The notes under the pieces: generated by a model
Database searches by the model: none
What the model was told of the DNA's origin: nothing
What the model saw: only the letters and a program-made list of their open reading frames with translations
Assembly: GCA_022813865.1 (NCBI GenBank)
Contig: JALDZX010000061.1
Coordinates: forward strand, 1-64,000
Length of the DNA: 64,000 bases
Direction: 5' to 3'
Source of the DNA: Xylographa opegraphella
Lineage: Eukaryota
Shown: positions 1 to 12,911 of the stretch, piece by piece
How positions within the stretch are numbered: position 1 is the stretch's first letter
Layout: the number at the start of each line of letters is the position of its first letter
Translations under genes and position numbers: made by a program

Positions 1-596
1 CGAGCTCTCGCTTAGCAGCTCTCGCTATCCTGCAGGCAGGCCGGGACTCTATTTCTAACAATTTTTACAATATCATTACGTTTTTTATGCATTGTATTAT
101 ACTGATTAGTCATCTGCAATTATGACATAATATTACCTAATCTAACACATTGTAAGAGCAGGAATACGACAATAATAGCTAGCTTGCTAGCTACCTTACC
201 TTCGCTGCCAAGGAGAATGTGCTTTGTCGGCCTCTCGGCACGTGTTTGCCCTGTTTGCCCTGTTTGTTCAAGACCCTCCACCCGTCGAGGAAAGCTGAAC
301 CCTCCTGCCTGACCTTCCGACGTCAAACCCACCAGCGATGATTAGTCTACCTAACGCAATGCCGATGGACTCAGTCATGCATAGCATCGCTCTGTCGCAC
401 ACGGGAATCGTTTGACGCCATACCAAGGCCGATTGTCCATCTTATACTGCCAAACCCTCGCGCCGACTACGGACGATTGGCATTGCAATATCCTGGACAG
501 ATCGGAAACAGAGTCGATCTCACTACACCACAACGATTACACATCCTGGAAAGATCGGAAACAGAGCATTTTTAGTTCTGAGGATACGGTACCGCA

Positions 597-2213
597 ATGC
601 CGCTCGAGCTGCACGTCTGGGGCCCCGCATTCACCCTCCCGTCCATCGATCCGGAGTGCCTCGCCGCCGCTGCTTATCTCGCGCGAGCGGTGCCAAGGGG
701 GCGATGGGTGCTGATGGCGGGCGTGGAGGGGGGCGCGAGTGATGCACGTTCGTAAGGCTCCGGTTCCGGTTGCGGTAACTGTGGATTGGGCGGCGGGTGC
801 GGATGGCGCGCTGCTGAGAAGGGAGGGAGGGAGGGAGGGGAGCTCACTGTGCTGATACACGTGCGTGCCTTAGGTCGCCTGCCCGCGCTGCATGATGACG
901 CGGAGGTTGTGTGTGGTTTTCGGGATATAGTCGCGTATCTGAGGACTGTGTCTCATGGGCACTGGGACCTCGACGCGGCGCTGACGCCGGTGCAGAGAGC
1001 GGACTGCGTTGCGTACGTCTACCGGAATCTGCTCCTCTGCCCCATCTCAGAGACTCGCGCCCTTTGAACCTCCTGATCAATAGCGCTGACTCTTATATTT
1101 CCCCCCAGATTCTCCACCTTCCTCGGCGCGCACGCTCTGCCGCTGCTGGATCTATCCCTCTACGTCTCCAGCCAGAACTACGCCACCACCACGCGCCCGG
1201 CCTATGCCTCGCTTCTCGCTTTCCCTTCCTCGTGGGTGATACCCACCCAGCGCCGCGCCGCGGCCAAGCAGCGAAGCGCGCACCTCGGCCTCTCCGCGCT
1301 CGACCTCAGCACCTCCGCTGCGGCCGAGACAGCCAGCGAGCCCTCGGCCAAGGCGTCCCTCTCCATCCCTGAGTCTCTCCGCAAAGCAAGCGCTTCCGTC
1401 TCGGCTGCCATCAAGAGCCCCGAAACGGCGTCTCGCATCCGCTTGGCGGTGCTGACGGAGAAGGTCTTGGATCCGCTCGCCGCTCTGCTCGGCGAGGTTT
1501 CGAATGCGAGCGCGGTTGGGGGGGGGGAGGACTCGTATCTTTTGAGCTCGCACGGACCGTCTAGTCTGGACTGTCTCGCTCTGGGCTACCTCGCGCTGTT
1601 CCTGGTGCCCGCTGTGCCGCATGCGTTCCTCGCGACGACGCTGAAGGAGAAATATCCCAGGTTGGTGGGTTATGTCCGACGGGGTATACAGCAATGCTAT
1701 TGCGGGATCGTGAAAGTGGAAGATGCGCGGCCGGGACTGAAAGGCCCACGAGTCATGAAAAAGCACGAAGACGAAGACGTCGATCTGTCACCCTACAACA
1801 ACATGGCCAATGGCAGCAAAGCCGCCCCTCTACCCTGGCTCGACGCCCCGCCACCGTCTCCTCTCCAAAACATTGGTACTGTCCTCCGAGAAGCTGCTGA
1901 TGGCATACCGGGCCTGGGCCCACTCCTGAAACCAGACCCGCTGCAGCATGCTGCCTCTACTGCAGACTCCTCAGCTCCCAACACCGCATCACTCACTGCG
2001 CCGCCACCCTTACTGTCCACTCTCCTCGCCGTTGGTACCGGCGTCGTCGCTATCGGCGGCGCTGTGCTGTACACTGCCGGCTTTGGCTTAGGTGGAGCGG
2101 AGGATGGAAGGCACAAAGGGACGGCGCAGAAGACCCGTCTGGCGGATATGGGCGAGGCGGGGGAGGTGTTGGCTATGGGCTCGTTTGGGCGCTTGGATTC
2201 AAGCCAGCAGTAG
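597..2213 (+). CDS. SAM37: Mitochondrial SAM complex subunit Sam37/Tom37 (metaxin family), 3 exons
   Basis: ATG 597 reads MPLELHVWGPAFTLPSIDPECLAAAAYL, the typical metaxin/Tom37 N-terminus. Introns at ~748-873 and ~1013-1109. GST-like C-domain motif PSSLDCLALGYLAL and a C-terminal hydrophobic anchor. Confidence 0.88.
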
Positions 2214-3431
2214 CAATTGGCATGCGGGGGTTAGAGTGAGTTAGCATATGGTGAGTGCTGTTTGCACTCTTTGCGTGTTCCTCGGTGAATCGAGCGGGGC
2301 ATTTGGAACTCTATCTAAAACCCCCCTTGGCAGTTTGTCCAGCGAGAATGCACTCAGTTCGGTCCGGAGCAAAAACTCGTGAAGGCTAGCTCCTCCGCTG
2401 CGTGAGCTGCTGCCCATTCACCAAACATTTGCTTCCCCTCGAGGTCGTGTTCGGGCGTTCAAAGTGGCAACCCACATCACTTTGAGGAGTTCCACCCCAC
2501 TCCCTCAACCCCAGAACGAGAAACATGTGACTTTTCCAGGCGGAAAGTCGGCTGTCAGAGACGCTTCTCCCTCTGCTTCACACTTCCGCTGACCCACATG
2601 CTGGGGTTCGGCTGCTGATCATCTAGGCTATCTGCTTTTTGTTTGGGAGAGAGCAATCACGGCCGTGACAGGCTGTGGGGGTTCGTGCTGGGCTTCGGTT
2701 GAGAATTTGCGTGGAGTCTTGCAGTGATGGTGGTGTTTGATGTGACTGTGGTGCTGTGGAGGGACCCGCTGGAGAGCATTACATTTGAGAACACACTTGC
2801 TTACTGCCTTCTTTCGTATCTGTGACGCATGGCTTGAGTCTCTTTTTTCAGAATGCTATCTTTACTGGTCCGATCCAAGCCTTTTTCCTTGACCAATATG
2901 AGGGCACGCCCTGTCCTGTCCTGCTTTTAATGCTTTGAGTTTTGGGCATTAGATACCTCTTTCCTCATCCTCGTGACCTTGGATTTTACCAATGCTCGTC
3001 TTACACCTCAAGGTCATCTCTCATACAGCTGTGCTTGTATTTGCTTTACATTGCATGATATCAGAATGTCCGCCGTGACTCTAAAGTCCGCGGACACGAC
3101 TTCTCGATCAGCTTTGCATGCCTCATGACTCAAGCGGCTTGTCCTCTGGCTATGGTGTTATGGCGGGATTTTCATCACAACCCCCGCCGGCCTTTGACAC
3201 CGTCGATGGGATTAAGAGCGGTTGGCTATGATGCGCCGGTGTGTCAAGCACAGTCTTGCACCGGGTGGGACGTTTGAGAGTCCATCGCCATAGAGAAGGC
3301 GTTCACTGCGTTCCATCCCACAAACGTCCTACTCCGTGATTGATCTTCTTCGACGAGCATGAACGGAGACTTCGATCGTTAACCTTGTCTGACAACAGCA
3401 CCGAACTACTTATTCTGCATACTCTCGAAAG

Positions 3432-5007
3432 ATGGACTGTATTTCCGAAGAACCGCTGGTCCCGTCCGACTCTTTGCTCCATCTTGACACGGGGGTGTCC
3501 TTGATACGTGCTTCGACCCAAGTATTACTTCCCTGTTCAGTAGTCTCTTTTAAGCTGAACCAGTGAAAGTCCAGGCCCCATACCAAGATCTGGCCGATTG
3601 GAGCTCCAGATCTAGTCGATGCTAACGTTGTGGTCAATGATCCGCAATTATTGAAGGCGTTGTGTCTGGACTGGGATACCGCCAAATCTGAAGCTTTCAT
3701 TGCTAAGATTCCACGATACGGGTTCAAAGCCTTGAGCGAAGAGAACATGTCGCCACCCAAGAACACTTGGGCACTTGAAGAAGGAACATCGGAGCTTGTT
3801 GAGCGGTATTTGGCCACCAAACCGCCTGCGGATATCAGAGACAAGAGATACACAGTTCGCTATATTGCATCCTTGGCATGGCGCAAGGTCATCGGCCCCG
3901 AGGAGAGTGTGGTTCTCGTTGACTACCACACGCGTGATATTTTCGCCGTCGTACTGCGTGACTTCATCGAGCTTCCGTCTGTGCTTAGCAGATTCGACAA
4001 GGCTTCCGCTCAACACATAGCCATTGGAAGGAACGTCCGTGTGAGTATCGATCGCCGTTGAATCTCCCCATCTCAAGCATCGCTGAAACGGTTACGTAGA
4101 AGGGCGATCCTGGCCACATGGCCCAGTACGGGTACACGGCCGGTGCGCGGTCAGCACCGAACTTCGCTTGGGCCCGGAACCTGGACAGGAAGTATTCCTA
4201 CGACTTCCTCGCATCCCATAACCACGAGATGATGAGCGCGCACACGCTCGTTTGGAATATCGCGACCAAGAAGGTTCCTGCGTCCGTCATAGCTGGGTTC
4301 CGGGCCGCGTGTGCGGATATGCCCAAGGGAGACTGGAACACGCATGGGGTGTTGACGGAAGGCCGGGTCTCGGTGGATGCGTTCGCCGCTCAGCACGAGA
4401 TCTCCGGGCTGGAACTCGGTCCGTCGAGCGGTGTTTGCGCCGGCGTCTATTCGCGGTGAGTTCTTCATGTGCTGTGGGGCAGTTTTCGTTTGTGGCAAAA
4501 AAAAATTTAACGTTACAGCGCCAGGGCCTGCCACTTCGAGGATGCACCGGCCGACTGTCCGTGGGTGATGTCGCTGACGACTAATTACGACCATCTGGGG
4601 CTGGGTGGATCGTTCTACGCTGCCAAATACGGCATCTTGATCAAGCAGGCGCGCAATACTTTGATCGTGCACAGGGCTACGGAGTGGCATGGCACCACGG
4701 TCCATGATGTTGACTGGTTCGATCGCGCGCTTGTGGTGCGGCATCGGGGCTTCAGTCTGCTCGTGCAGAATAAGCTGCAGTCGACTTGGAAGAAGACGAG
4801 GCTGGGTAGAGTTTGCGAGGATGACGTTGGGGTAGAGGGCGACGCGGAGGGGTTGAGCACCAAGGAGCAGCAGTCAGTGGTCCGTATCCCTTTCAAACTC
4901 TGTCTGACCTTCTGCTGACAAAAAACTGGCCAGGGAAGCGCCCTGCACAAACTACGACCGAAGTCCACAAAGCGGCAGCGAGTCGAGCGCGTCTCGAAGA
5001 CTAAGTA
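3432..5007 (+). CDS. Putative TET/JBP-like 2OG-Fe(II) dioxygenase, ~5 exons
   Basis: ORFs 3630-4061, 4118-4459 and 4565-4918 join through GT-AG introns (4041-4099; 4456-4518/4524; ~4880/4884-4933). The spliced product has GHMAQYGYTAGARSAPNFAWARNL, YSRACHFED (HxE), GGSFYAAKYGILI and WHGTT (distal His). The start at 3432 is tentative. Confidence 0.6.
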
Positions 5008-5625
5008 GCGCTCTACAACTTGCCCCTTTCTCGATGTGGAGGATCGACCTTGATTCGCTCTAAACTGCTTCCCTTTGGTCATTTCAGCTCATCATAGATA
5101 CATTCAATAGCACTCCATCTCTCCGCTCCTGCACCTTCCGCAAAGATAGACCTTTAACTAGCACATTTAAACACTGCATAATACTACTCTCCTCCCTCGC
5201 TCCCAAGCACGCTTCTCGCCCGTTCCAACACCCCCAGCCGCTAGGCAACCGTTCGTCCCGGCCCGCCACGCGGCACTGATTGATTCGTGTATATGGGTAA
5301 GGTAAGGTAGGGTATCAGACATTAGGTAGGTATCTTACATTACCTCAACGCCTAAGCTACCTTAAGCTACGAAGCGCACTAGTAGCTCCGCCGTTAGCAT
5401 CAGGTAAGGTAAGGTACGAGCTCGATATGGCGCTGCTGGTGGTGGCTTAGCTGGAAGATAAGATACCTTCCCTTACCCGTTATATATGAGATGAGGCGAG
5501 TCGAATCCCGTCATGCACGTATCCGCTCCATCTGTCCCACAAGGGGATCAAAACGGACTGTCCTCCGCCTGAGGCACTACCTTATTCACCACGGGGACTC
5601 GCCCCCTACCTTATACAGCAGCGGC

Positions 5626-5657
5626 CTGGTCTGGTCTGGTCTGGTCTGATCTGGTCT
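5626..5657. repeat. (CTGGT)n pentanucleotide microsatellite
   Basis: ctggtctggtctggtctggtctgatctggtct read directly. Confidence 0.85.
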
Positions 5658-5862
5658 ACTCCAGCGCAGACGGCTTTTGGTTATCGGTGCGGGCTGTTTA
5701 TAGTATCTCGTTATGTTTTGTGGCGATTTTTTGAAACGCCGTCAAACGTAAGGGCGGGACCTTGCTCTCGTCGCTCGGCCGCTCGTGGGATGGAGTCGCA
5801 GGTCCGGCGTTCGGGGGGGGGTCGGATGTTCTTGAGGTGGTTTTTTGAGGAGGTCGAGGTTT

Positions 5863-5897
5863 GGATGGGTGGATGGGTGGATGGGTGGGTGGGTGGG
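5863..5897 (+). repeat. G-rich (GGATGGGT/GGGT)n simple repeat with G-quadruplex potential
   Basis: ggatgggtggatgggtggatgggtgggtgggtggg contains six GGG runs. Confidence 0.75.
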
Positions 5898-7570
5898 TCG
5901 GTAGGCGAAGGATCAAACGGTGCTCAACGAATCATCCTGTGGGTGGTGTATACTTCGAATTAACTCGACTTGGCTGTTCGCGGCGCCCCTTCTCTGGTGA
6001 CCACACACAAGTCTTTATCGAAACATCCAAGTCGATTTTATATCATCCTCTTTCTTTTGCTGCAACCTTGCCCCCTTCTCTGGACTTTTATATCACAGAT
6101 ATTTTATATTTTCCTTTCACATCGCTTCGAGTGATTATCGTGGTCTGGTCCTCGACCCCAGCTGGTGCTTCTCGTTCTGCTATATCGGATTTCTCAATCG
6201 AGGAATTCCAAGTTCCGACGCACCTAACGCAACCATGCATCTGGACGACAACAGACGCCGCGACAGTGCTTTCGTACTATAATTTGAAAGCGCACTTTCT
6301 ATTGCTATCCCCGCCCAGGATATCAAGAGAGAAAATCGATGAACATGACGTTTGCCGGTGTTGCGGTCTGGTCGTCGAGACCTCCCCATATGAGGTTTCT
6401 GGACACTGGCCAGCTGGCCTACCGGCTACTTGATTGGTTGCGCATGCTGCGAACTTTTGGACTTCTTCGTCGATTGATTTAGGGTATGACCCGCTTGCTT
6501 AAGTATATCTTGACTACTGTGGATGAACCGTGGTTTTCACTCCTTGGCCGAGTGTGTCATACTGTGTCACAGTAACCTACGGAACCGGACGTTCTATTTA
6601 AATATTGTGGCTGTTGCCACGGTTTGAGTAGGTTTCGTTCCTCTGATTTATGTTAGGTCACATATACTTTTCGGGTTACTATAATTTATAGAGAATAATC
6701 ATTGTAAAAATTAATGTTTCATATCGCCGCGCTTTAACAGCGTCGAAGGAAACTTGGAAGAAATAAAAGACCATTCTTTTACTTCGCCAGGGGGGATATG
6801 GCACACTGTTTTTGGTGCCATTGGTGCCTAAGATCACTTGGCTACTTATCTCACGGACCGGAGGGAGCAATGGTCTTTTCTATGTGGTATACACCCTACT
6901 GCATGCTGTGAACCTTCTATGAACTGCTGGATTCAGATCTCTCACGAACTCGCCTCTTCGCTCTCTGGCGGTACATAATTCAGAGCATACGAGGCAGGGC
7001 TGGAACTATCAAATGACCCGGTGGCCCAGGGCGGTGGAAGTTCAGCATGAGATATGGTAGTACTTGCTTGGTCTCGTCGAAAATGAGTAGAACTTCTAAA
7101 CTTCGATTGGCGCCTGTGATTGGATATGTTACTGGCCTGGAATGCCGAGGATGACCTCGTTTATGCAGCCAAAAATTCCTAGACTCAGAAGCTAGCGGGA
7201 ACGCGGATTTGGTTGAATGATCTTAACGTCTAAGCCAGAACTTGTAGGTGAATGAGTATGATATAAGACAAAGTATTGAAGCTATCCCCATCAGTCGCAA
7301 ACTTTATGCAAGTTTCACCTTGATTGAATTGAAGAATTAGTATGCCATCCGTACAAGGTGCTCGGAGCAGATAGCCATTTGGATTATTATATTGCTTTTA
7401 ATGTACGCGAGTGCAAGATCAAATAAGGTAATCAAGGTACTCTGTAACAAGCATGGCATCAGGGTTCGTACCCTAATCAGCCCTAAGTAAAGATTACGTC
7501 ATTGGAGGATACTATTGTTGGCTGACATCCATACCGCGACGAGCGAAAGCAGCTCTGGAACTACTCAACA

Positions 7571-8763
7571 ATGGCCCACAAAACTGCCGATCAATACTTG
7601 CTGCGCGTTACTGCTGGCCCTGACTATGATCCATCTACACACGCTCTCGTCGCCGTGAATGGCCCGACATCAGTTCCCGTCTTCTCGAATCATTGCACCG
7701 CCAATATTAAAGTACGGGTCCAGAACTACCGCGGTGAGTCGCTTGCGCAGATTCTCCTTGCCGTACTACCCCTGCTGACTTTGCGATTACAGGTCTCCCT
7801 CATGGATCGCCCGCAACATCGGCGTACTTTTCTACAGCCCCTCATACCCACGATCAGTACTCCATTGCTTTTTCTATGATACCCCATACCACTGTTTCCG
7901 GCAACGAGCTCCTCTTCGGAAACGATTTCGATCGTCCGATCAGAGACAGGCTACCACCTGGAACCGAAACAGCCTTCAAGATCGTCAAGTGGGCGATCGA
8001 CCCGGGTCTGGAAGGTGATTTCTACTCCGATACGCCGCATCTGTATGGGCCACTATTGAGCTCTATCAATGTCCTACGAGTGGGACCAAAGGCGACGAAA
8101 CGGGATGGGAAGTACGAAATTCCAGCTCATCTGCATGAAGATGGCATTACGGAAGGAGCTGAGGGCGAGGAGGCGGAATTGCGCAAGGAGAAGCAAATAC
8201 CTGAGGATGCTGCGGCAAGGAAGAAGCACTTCCTCAACGAGAAGCATCGGAAGGACTGGGAGTTTGAGGAGGGAAGAGTTTATCAAGGGGATTTCTTCAA
8301 CCCTTACATCGACTTCAATGGTGCGTATCCACAGTCCGAGTATGTATACAGAGCGGCAATGACCTGACCGAGGCTTTATTATTCTATAGAATTTGCCCTG
8401 AAGCTCCCTGGTTTCTCGTTGAGCGTGCTCGGTTATATTGATGCGAAGCAAGACAATCTACGGTAAGCTACCCCTTTCTTAATGTTTCGTTGTTGGGAAG
8501 GAAGATTAGATATTTTGGGATTTTGTGGCTTACTGGATATCACCTGCGGCGCTCGCTGATACAGACGGTCCCATGAGTTTAGATATGTGATGAAGAACAA
8601 GAGCACAGGCGACGTGTTCTTCGTCGTCGTTTTTACATTGGTACCAAAAGAGGACGCGGAGAACGAAAGCGCAAGCATCACTGCCGCGGCCAGTGACGAG
8701 GTGAAGCAGCAGGACGGCGAGAAGAAGGATGAATATGAGCCTAAGGACGATGACTTAGATTAG
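7571..8763 (+). CDS. DUF1769 (UPF0590) family protein, 4 exons
   Basis: YLLRVTAGPDYDP...VRVQNYRG, LLFGNDFDRPIRDRLPPG, IDPGLEGDFYSDTPHLYGPLLSS and DFFNPYIDFN. The last exon, ...ELRYVMKNKSTGDVFFVVVFTLV..., ends at TAG 8761-8763. Confidence 0.85.
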
Positions 8764-9057
8764 ATGCTAGAGAGGTAATCAATCGTACCGAATAGAAATA
8801 GGTCCAGATCAATAATTCTCCATACAGTGTGAGAGATCGCAGCACGTAGTAGCAGGGTCAAAGCCATCGGACCATCCACATTTGGATATCTGAAGGCCAT
8901 GCACGACTGTACCTGTAACCAAATGCATAGCCCGAACATTGAAATTGACCACCTATGCTCCAGTCCACGTCGGCCAAAGGGTCTTAACACCTCTTACCTG
9001 CACGGACCCCCAGAAATTACCTTTAAGTAACAGAAAAGAGCACCACACTTCACCAAT

Positions 9058-9142
9058 CCACGAAGCTTAGCTTCGTGGGTTAAGCGTGGCTGCTACTAGC
9101 ACCGCGACGACTAGGTCCTGGGTTCGAAACACTCGACCGTGG
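9058..9142 (+). ncRNA. Degenerate tRNA-like element (pseudo-tRNA or SINE head)
   Basis: A-box/D-arm-like TAGCTTCGTGGGTTAAGCG (GCTT/AAGC stem) and B-box GGTTCGAAAC at tRNA-like spacing. The anticodon and T stems do not pair well. Confidence 0.35.
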
Positions 9143-9205
9143 TCAAAATCCCCGTAGTTCGTAGACATTTCGCAAAACCGCTCATAGTACAGTGGTTTTC
9201 ATAGG

Positions 9206-10020
9206 TTACCCTTGGGGATCCGAACTTTTTTCATCCGGGGCCTTTGGCTTTGGGTAGACTTTGGACCTGAGACCAAATCTTTGAACTCCTGGGTCGTAAT
9301 AAACACAGATTCTTTTTGACGCAACCTGACACCCGTAAGATATCACGCTAGCATAAGGAGCACCAAAAATAAGAGATAGGCCACACGTATTCATTTGAGC
9401 AACCAGCTGATTGACATTCAACTTGTGAAGCCTTTGTAAGTAGAGTTCGAGCGCCTGACTCCTTCCGCTTACCACTGACGCGAATCCCGTCAGAACAAAA
9501 GATTCTCCAACGATACTCCAGCTCCGACCGAAAACGTTCATGTCGAACATGCCAGGGCCATCCATCACTACCTTTTCAAGACTTGATTCAACATGACTCA
9601 TCGCTTTCTCTCGAACCACGAGCTGGCTCCCAGTATCGCAACGCTTTGATCCATCACCCACTCGCCCATCCCCAGGTAGTTATCCACCCATTTCTTTAGC
9701 TCTTTGCTTTCCGATATCTTGTCTGCGTTGACGCTGGGACTATGGTCCCAAGGTGATGGGGATGCGTTAGCTTGAGTACTTAAAGCCTTAATAGCTTCAT
9801 ACATCCATTCTAGAAGCAAGAACGATTCAAATGGATGGAGCGGGGAAGCGGAGAGATATACGTAAGACCGGTGGATCTCTTCACGCCGGCCAAGAATGCA
9901 GAGACTGGCAGACATGTCAGCTTACATAGAGAAAGATCATGACAAGCTCTTACTCAGGACCGCATCGAAGGCGTAATGGGTTAGTCGTCCAAGCTTGATG
10001 TTCAAGTAAGCATGTGACCT
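9206..10020 (-). pseudogene. Hypothetical gene, apparently frameshifted near 9610
   Basis: Protein-like ORFs 9598-9915 and 9206-9661 switch frame at a GAGAGA run (..SSWFE / EKAMSH..). An intron-like GTAAGA...GCTGAC...CAG lies at ~9905-9953. Confidence 0.3.
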
Positions 10021-10651
10021 CTATTAACTGTGGAATCATAACCTTACCACCATAGCGAAGCGATCGAAGTCAACGGCAATGCAGTCGTTTGCAAACAGCA
10101 GCAATTCGGGGCAACGATAAACTTCTGGGAAGGAAACCCTCGGTGTTGTCCTCGTATTCCTGCACGGTTGAGTACCTCGTGGTCAAACGCGCGGGCAGCT
10201 GGTCACCAGCCAAGCCGCACTGATCCATATCGCGTTAGAGACACTTTCCTCAACCTCCGGCCGGAGACTCGTTTCGCCGCGATAAGCCATTATCGATGTG
10301 TTTCTCTGAAGCTATCGTCCCAACAACTGAATCAGAAATCTTTCCATTCTCTGATCCAGTATACCTAGTTTCACTCACTTGCTACCACGAGGATCGTACT
10401 CGTGGGCATACATCCTCCTATATTAGACAATAGCTTCTTTAACGGCGCACTGAGCTTCCGTTCGTGAGCACCTATCGTCCTCTGCTGCCCCACTCCGAAG
10501 AATATTTACTCCCCGACGTCCGGCACGCAGCAGCTGTCTTTCGTTCCATCCAAACAAACTACTATCAGACTGTCCGATTGGTTCTGCTCTTCCAGTTTAA
10601 TCAATATCATCACTTGAACTCCCTCGTCGGGCAATTGCACCCATTTCCAAA

Positions 10652-12627
10652 ATGGCAAGCTCTCTTGATCATTTGACTACAAGGACGCGTATCGAATGGC
10701 TTTCTGGCCTGAACACCGAATACCATCCTGCTAAGAACTATCGACGTACTTCAATCATCGGAACAATTGGTGAGTTGACGTGCTCATACATCATATATAT
10801 GATGACTATCTAGCTCAGATACTAATGTTACGTTGCATTTTTTTAGGCCCGAAGACAAATTCTACAGAGAATATAAATGTTCTTCGCAAAGGTTGTTGTA
10901 CCCGGTCACTATGTAATCGATACTGACTATACTAGCTGGCCTCAATGTCGTTCGAATGAACTTCTCTCATGGCTCGTATGAGGTAAATTGGCTTTCCGCA
11001 CAACTCTTGCTTCCGAAAATTATACTGATTGTTGGTAATCTAGTACCATCAATCAGTCGTGGATCATGCCAAGGAAGCTGAGCGTGTACAACCCGGGCGT
11101 CCTCTGGCCGTTGCCCTAGACACGGTAAGTGGTCCTCTCGTCATGTGCAGAGAAAAACCGCTGAAGTGCTATAACCTTCCAGAAAGGTCCGGAGATCCGC
11201 ACCGGCAACACGGTGGGCGATGCAGACATTCCTATCAGTGAGGGTAGCGAAATAAACATCACCACGGACGATAAATATGCTACCAAATGTGACGATAAGA
11301 ATATGTAAGCAGATCTTTGGGTAAATGTCTCACGTATGGCGTTCATACTCACAAAAATATAGGTATGTTGACTACAAAAACATAACAAAAGTCATTGAAC
11401 CCGGCAGAATCATCTACGTCGATGATGGAGTACTTGCGTTTGAGGTTCTAAAGGTTGTGGATGACAAGACTTTGCACTGTCGTTGCATCAACAATGGCAA
11501 GATATCCTCCAAAAAGGGCGTCAATCTTCCGAAGACCGACGTGGACCTTCCAGCTCTATCAGAAAAAGACAAGGCTGATCTTCGATTCGGCGTCAAGAAT
11601 AAAGTTGATATGGTTTTTGCATCCTTTATTCGTCGCGCAGAAGATGTCAAGGCAATCCGTGAAGTTTTGGGCGAGGAAGGTAAGGATATCCAGATCATCT
11701 CGAAGATCGAAAATCAGCAAGGTGTCAACAACTTCGATGAGATTCTCAAGGAAACCGATGGAGTCATGGTTGCCCGTGGTGATCTTGGTATCGAAATTCC
11801 TCCTGCGCAAGTTTTCATCGCTCAGAAAATGATGATCAGCAAGTGCAACATCGCTGGAAAACCTGTCATCTGCGCTACGCAAATGCTAGAATCGATGACA
11901 TACAATCCCCGTCCCACTCGTGCTGAAGTCTCTGATGTCGGAAATGCTGTTCTTGACGGAGCAGATTGTGTCATGTTGTCTGGTGAGACTGCCAAGGGCA
12001 ACTATGCCAAGGAGTCTGTGGCAATGATGCACGAGACTTGCTTGCTGGCCGAGCAAGCTATTCCTTACGTCGCCCATTTCGACGAGCTTCGTAGCATCGC
12101 ACCTAGACCTTGTGACACCATCGAATCATGCGCTACCGCAGCTGTGAGCTCCAGTCTGGAGCTTAATGCAGGTGCCATCCTGGTCCTTACAACTAGGTAA
12201 GCGGTCGAATTCTTAAACAATGAAAAATAATCACTAACATATCCATTAGCGGCAAATCTGCTCGCTTGATATCAAAATACCGCCCTGTATGCCCTATCAT
12301 TATGGTCACTCGCAACGCACGCGCTTCCCGAGTAAGTGGATCTGATGTGACATCCATGAGCTCATACTAATTGTGTAGTACTCTCATCTTTATCGTGGTG
12401 TCTATCCTTTCCTTTTCCCGGAAAGGAAGCCTGATTTCAACAAGGAGAACTGGCAGGAGGACGTTGACAATCGTCTGAAGTGGGGTATCGAGCAGGCTAT
12501 CAAGCTAAAAGTCCTGAGCAAAGGCGATCCGGTGGTATGTGTCCAAGGGTGGCGTGGCGGAATGGGTCATACGAACACAATTCGTATTGTCCCAGCTGAG
12601 GACGACCTGGGACTTGCTGCTGCTTAG
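10652..12627 (+). CDS. pkiA: Pyruvate kinase, multi-exon
   Basis: [67 protein letters not shown] and [12 protein letters not shown] motifs. Stop TAG at 12625-12627. Confidence 0.98.
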
Positions 12628-12911
12628 ATGATGTCTGATTGCAATTCATGCGTTTACGCTAGGTACATGATAAGACGGACAAGATGGGCAAAACTCATGA
12701 GGTTCATAAAGTGATGGGGGCAACACTAGTGATGACAAGCAGAGTCCAAAATCGAAATAGAATTCAAGACGCATTCTGTAATTATCATCATCCAATTGCT
12801 GAACGTGACAGACAACACGACATATAATAAGTATACTGGTGTGCTTGTTCACCTAATCTCTGTACCATTTCGTCCTATATTCAGATACGATCTTCCTGTT
12901 AACTAGAGCCA

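Noticed and set aside
2214..5480. Intact DNA transposon around the TET/JBP-like gene
   Set aside because: I could not find terminal inverted repeats, a target-site duplication or a transposase ORF by eye
5861..6900. ORF 5861-6433, or a structured RNA such as telomerase, RNase P or MRP RNA
   Set aside because: The ORF begins in a simple repeat with no motif. I found no TAACCCTAA template or conserved P4 elements.
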